This document shows, in pieces, positions 29,669-32,000 of a stretch of DNA of 32,000 bases; position 1 is the stretch's first letter; each line of letters begins with the position of its first letter. Source of the stretch: an uncultured Lentisphaeria bacterium (GTDB taxonomy: Bacteria > Verrucomicrobiota > Lentisphaeria > JABSQK01 > JAJFLO01); contig OX638337.1 of assembly GCA_951812855.1 (NCBI GenBank), positions 60,001-92,000 on the forward strand, read 5' to 3'. A model generated the notes under the pieces. That model searched no databases, was not told the DNA's origin, and was given only the letters and a program-made list of their open reading frames with translations. Position numbers and translations under genes: made by a program.

Positions 29669-30403
29669 ATGGAATTGACTGGAAAAACAGCAGTTATAAC
29701 AGGCGGGGCCGTACGGATTGGAAAAGCAATCACACTGGCACTGGCCAAGGCCGGGTGCAATGTTTTTATTCACTACGGGCGTTCATCTATAGATGCGGAA
29801 ATAACAAAAATTGAGGCTGAAGGCTGTGGAATCAAAGCCGTTACCTATTCTGCAGATTTAGGAAGTGAGGCTGAAACGGATTCAATTATTCCAGAAGCGT
29901 TAAGCCATTTTGCATCAATTGATATTTTAATAAACAGTGCTGCTATTTTCCCTGATAATGACACTTTTAATGACATCAATAGCGAAACCCGGAATAATAT
30001 ATTCGCAGTAAACTTTCATGCTGCATTGCTCTTGTCGAAAGGTTTTGCAAATCAAGGCTGGAATAGTAAATCCGGAAAAATCATAAATATTGTTGATGCA
30101 AGAATATTCCGTCATGAATCAGATCATCTGGGATATTGTTTATCGAAAAAATGTTTATGGGAGCTTACCACTATACTTGCACTTGAATTGGCACCGAGTA
30201 TCACTGTAAATGCACTTGCCCCCGGTGCAATTTTACCACCGCCGGGAAAAGATGAAACTTATCTGAAACGAATTTCCAGTAATCGAATCCCCTTGATGAA
30301 AAATGGGAACGTTGATGATGTGACCCGTGGAATATTGTATCTGCTGGAGAATGATTTCATTACTGGCGAAACGATAAAAATTGATGGTGGGGAATACCTC
30401 TAA
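29669..30403 (+). CDS. Short-chain dehydrogenase/reductase of the pteridine reductase (PTR1)/FolM-like type
   Basis: TGGAVRIGKAITLALAKAGCNVFIHYGRS (TGxxxRIG and HYxRS are characteristic of the PTR1/FolM group). Catalytic YCLSKK. Adjacent to folB and folK. Confidence 0.7.
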   Translation: MELTGKTAVITGGAVRIGKAITLALAKAGCNVFIHYGRSSIDAEITKIEAEGCGIKAVTYSADLGSEAETDSIIPEALSHFASIDILINSAAIFPDNDTFNDINSETRNNIFAVNFHAALLLSKGFANQGWNSKSGKIINIVDARIFRHESDHLGYCLSKKCLWELTTILALELAPSITVNALAPGAILPPPGKDETYLKRISSNRIPLMKNGNVDDVTRGILYLLENDFITGETIKIDGGEYL

Positions 30404-30449
30404 CCATGTCAAATTTTACTGATTACCGCGTTAACATAATTTTGGTATA

Positions 30450-30830
30450 ATGGATAAAATAATAATTAAAAATTTACTGTTAAGAGGAATTCTGGGAATT
30501 AATCCGGAAGAACGTATAAAAAAACAGGATATACTTATCAACGTTACTTTGTTTACAGATATAACAAAAGCTGCTCAATCAGATGACGCAGATCATGCTG
30601 TTAATTATAAATCTGTAAAAAGCACAATCATTGAGCACGTGGAAGAATCTTCAGATTTTCTGATCGAGAAATTGATTAGTGATTTAGCCGGAATACTGCT
30701 GACAGACTTTTCAGGTGTTGAAAGAGTAATTCTAAAGGTTGAAAAACCGGGAGCATTAAGATTCGCAGAAACTGTTGGAATCGAAATAGAACGTGCACGC
30801 AGTGATTTTGCATCTGGCAAGAAGTGTTGA
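30450..30830 (+). CDS. folB: Dihydroneopterin aldolase
   Basis: IIIKNLLLRGILGINPEERIKKQDILINVTL...VNYKSV...VEKPGAL. Length 126 aa. Typical FolB pattern and neighbourhood. Confidence 0.85.
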   Translation: MDKIIIKNLLLRGILGINPEERIKKQDILINVTLFTDITKAAQSDDADHAVNYKSVKSTIIEHVEESSDFLIEKLISDLAGILLTDFSGVERVILKVEKPGALRFAETVGIEIERARSDFASGKKC

Positions 30831-30847
30831 AACATATAGTATGTTTC
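30829..30847 (+). other. Perfect 8-bp hairpin overlapping the folB stop codon (GAAACATA-tag-TATGTTTC)
   Basis: Read directly from the sequence. No U-tract follows, so it is not a canonical terminator. Confidence 0.35.
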
Positions 30848-30953
30848 AGGTAAAAATGATAGAGTCCGTTATATTCAATGCGGTTTAGGTTTTGTTCTTG
30901 CGTGTTTTATATCGTTCTATCACTTTGAAATGTCATTTTCTCAAAATCTGCGT

Positions 30954-30983
30954 TTCAAAATTTTATTGAACCTCAGTTATAAT
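30954..30983 (+). promoter_or_regulatory. Candidate promoter for folK (TTCAAA-N18-TATAAT), implying a near-leaderless transcript
   Basis: A perfect TATAAT at 30978..30983 ends 11 nt before ATG 30995, and folK has no SD. Pattern match only. Confidence 0.3.
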
Positions 30984-30994
30984 ATCATTAACGA

Positions 30995-31534
30995 ATGAAC
31001 ACTGTTTACATACTGCTTGGATCTAATGTTAATAAAGAAGAAAATATTGTAAAAGCAGTATCATTAATTGGGGAAATGTGCCGAATTAGGAGAGTTTCCT
31101 CAGTTTATGAAACATCTCCGGCGGGAATGACAGATCAGCCAGATTTTTTTAATATGATCGTTAACCTGGAAACAAAATTCAATGCACAGACATTTAAAAC
31201 CGAAGTATTGGCTGTTATTGAAAATAAACTGGGGCGTAAACGTATTGAAAATGTAAAAAATGCACCGCGAACAATTGATGCAGACATTATTCTGTTTAAT
31301 ACAGATGTATTCGATTATGATTCCAATCATCACATTCCGGATCCCGATTTATTAAAATATCTACACATTGTAATTCCAATGGCCGAGCTTGATCCTGAAC
31401 TAAAACATCCGGAGACAGGTGAATCTATGGAGGCAATCCGTACTCGATTGGCCGATAAAAATATCTTAGAAAACGATTCAAAAAATGCAGTGGTCAAACG
31501 TCCTGATGTCAAAGTTCAAAATTTTATTGATTAA
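30995..31534 (+). CDS. folK: 2-amino-4-hydroxy-6-hydroxymethyldihydropteridine diphosphokinase (HPPK)
   Basis: VYILLGSNV, SSVYETSP, PDFFNMIV, GRKR...PRTIDADIILF. Confidence 0.9.
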   Translation: MNTVYILLGSNVNKEENIVKAVSLIGEMCRIRRVSSVYETSPAGMTDQPDFFNMIVNLETKFNAQTFKTEVLAVIENKLGRKRIENVKNAPRTIDADIILFNTDVFDYDSNHHIPDPDLLKYLHIVIPMAELDPELKHPETGESMEAIRTRLADKNILENDSKNAVVKRPDVKVQNFID

Positions 31535-31674
31535 ATTATTAATGGAATCAAATTGATAACTATTCTAAAGCTGCACTAATAGAATTAAATTCAGTGAAAA
31601 CAGGATCCGGATGGTGCGGTTCAACCCTTTATAAATACGATTCCCCGCTGAAGCTGTCTTGACAAACTGTTGGA

Positions 31675-32000
31675 TTAATTAATTTCCACTCCCCCTATAA
31701 TATCATTGATATCTTTTATATCATAATCATTCAGGTAGTCTGCGATACCTTGAATGACCTTAATCGGTGTTTGCGGATCTGAAAAAATCGCTGTTCCGAC
31801 CGCGACGGCTGTTGCACCTGCCAGAAGAAACTCAATGGCATCCGCAGCAGAAAAAATACCGCCCATCCCGATGATGGGTACATCAACAGCCTGCGATACT
31901 TCATAAATCATTTTAATTGAAATCGGTTTAATTCCCGGACCGCTGAGTCCGCCAAAATTTGCAGCAATTTTGGGCTTGCGTGTATAAATATCAATCGCCA
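31675..32000 (-). CDS. pyrD: Dihydroorotate dehydrogenase, class 1 catalytic subunit (C-terminal part; N-terminus beyond the right edge)
   Basis: Minus-strand translation continues upstream of the track's internal Met: ...NFGGLSGPGIKPISIKMIYEVSQAVDVPIIGMGGIFSAADAIEFLLAGATAVAVGTA. Stop at 31677..31675. Confidence 0.85.
   Translation of the reverse strand, partial: AIDIYTRKPKIAANFGGLSGPGIKPISIKMIYEVSQAVDVPIIGMGGIFSAADAIEFLLAGATAVAVGTAIFSDPQTPIKVIQGIADYLNDYDIKDINDIIGGVEIN

Overview
This is an AT-rich bacterial chromosomal segment, apparently from a diderm organism because an LptF/LptG permease is present. It reads as core housekeeping DNA from end to end. All family calls rest on motifs I recognise by eye in the translations; no database search was possible. 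Left to right: (1) a 3'-truncated biotin-dependent decarboxylase alpha subunit with its OadG-like gamma subunit on the minus strand; (2) a plus-strand run of S41 C-terminal processing protease, tsaD, menB and an LD-carboxypeptidase; (3) an LptF/G permease followed by a complete canonical F1Fo ATP synthase operon (atpZ-like, atpI-like, atpB-E-F-H-A-G-D-C); (4) a 0.9-kb poorly coding gap; (5) two M50 (site-2 protease family) membrane metalloproteases flanking an unknown membrane protein and tRNA-Val(UAC); (6) four aminoacyl-tRNA synthetase genes within about 10 kb (class I lysK, pheT, hisS, aspS), interrupted by an orphan HExxH membrane protein and an HU/IHF gene; (7) a folate/pterin cluster of a PTR1/FolM-like SDR, folB and folK; (8) the 3' end of pyrD converging at the right edge. 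I found no transposase, integrase, CRISPR array, restriction or defence-type gene, no long repeats, and no sign of alternative stop-codon usage. I do not see a convincing novel multi-gene system here. The best leads are modest. They are an interrupted ~190-codon minus-strand frame with an A10 tract after atpC, a class I LysRS with an appended ~90-aa C-terminal tail, an orphan HExxH two-TM protein, a small TM protein translationally coupled to an M50 protease, and two ~450-bp noncoding spacers (upstream of lptF/G and of the folate cluster) that could hold uncharacterised RNAs.
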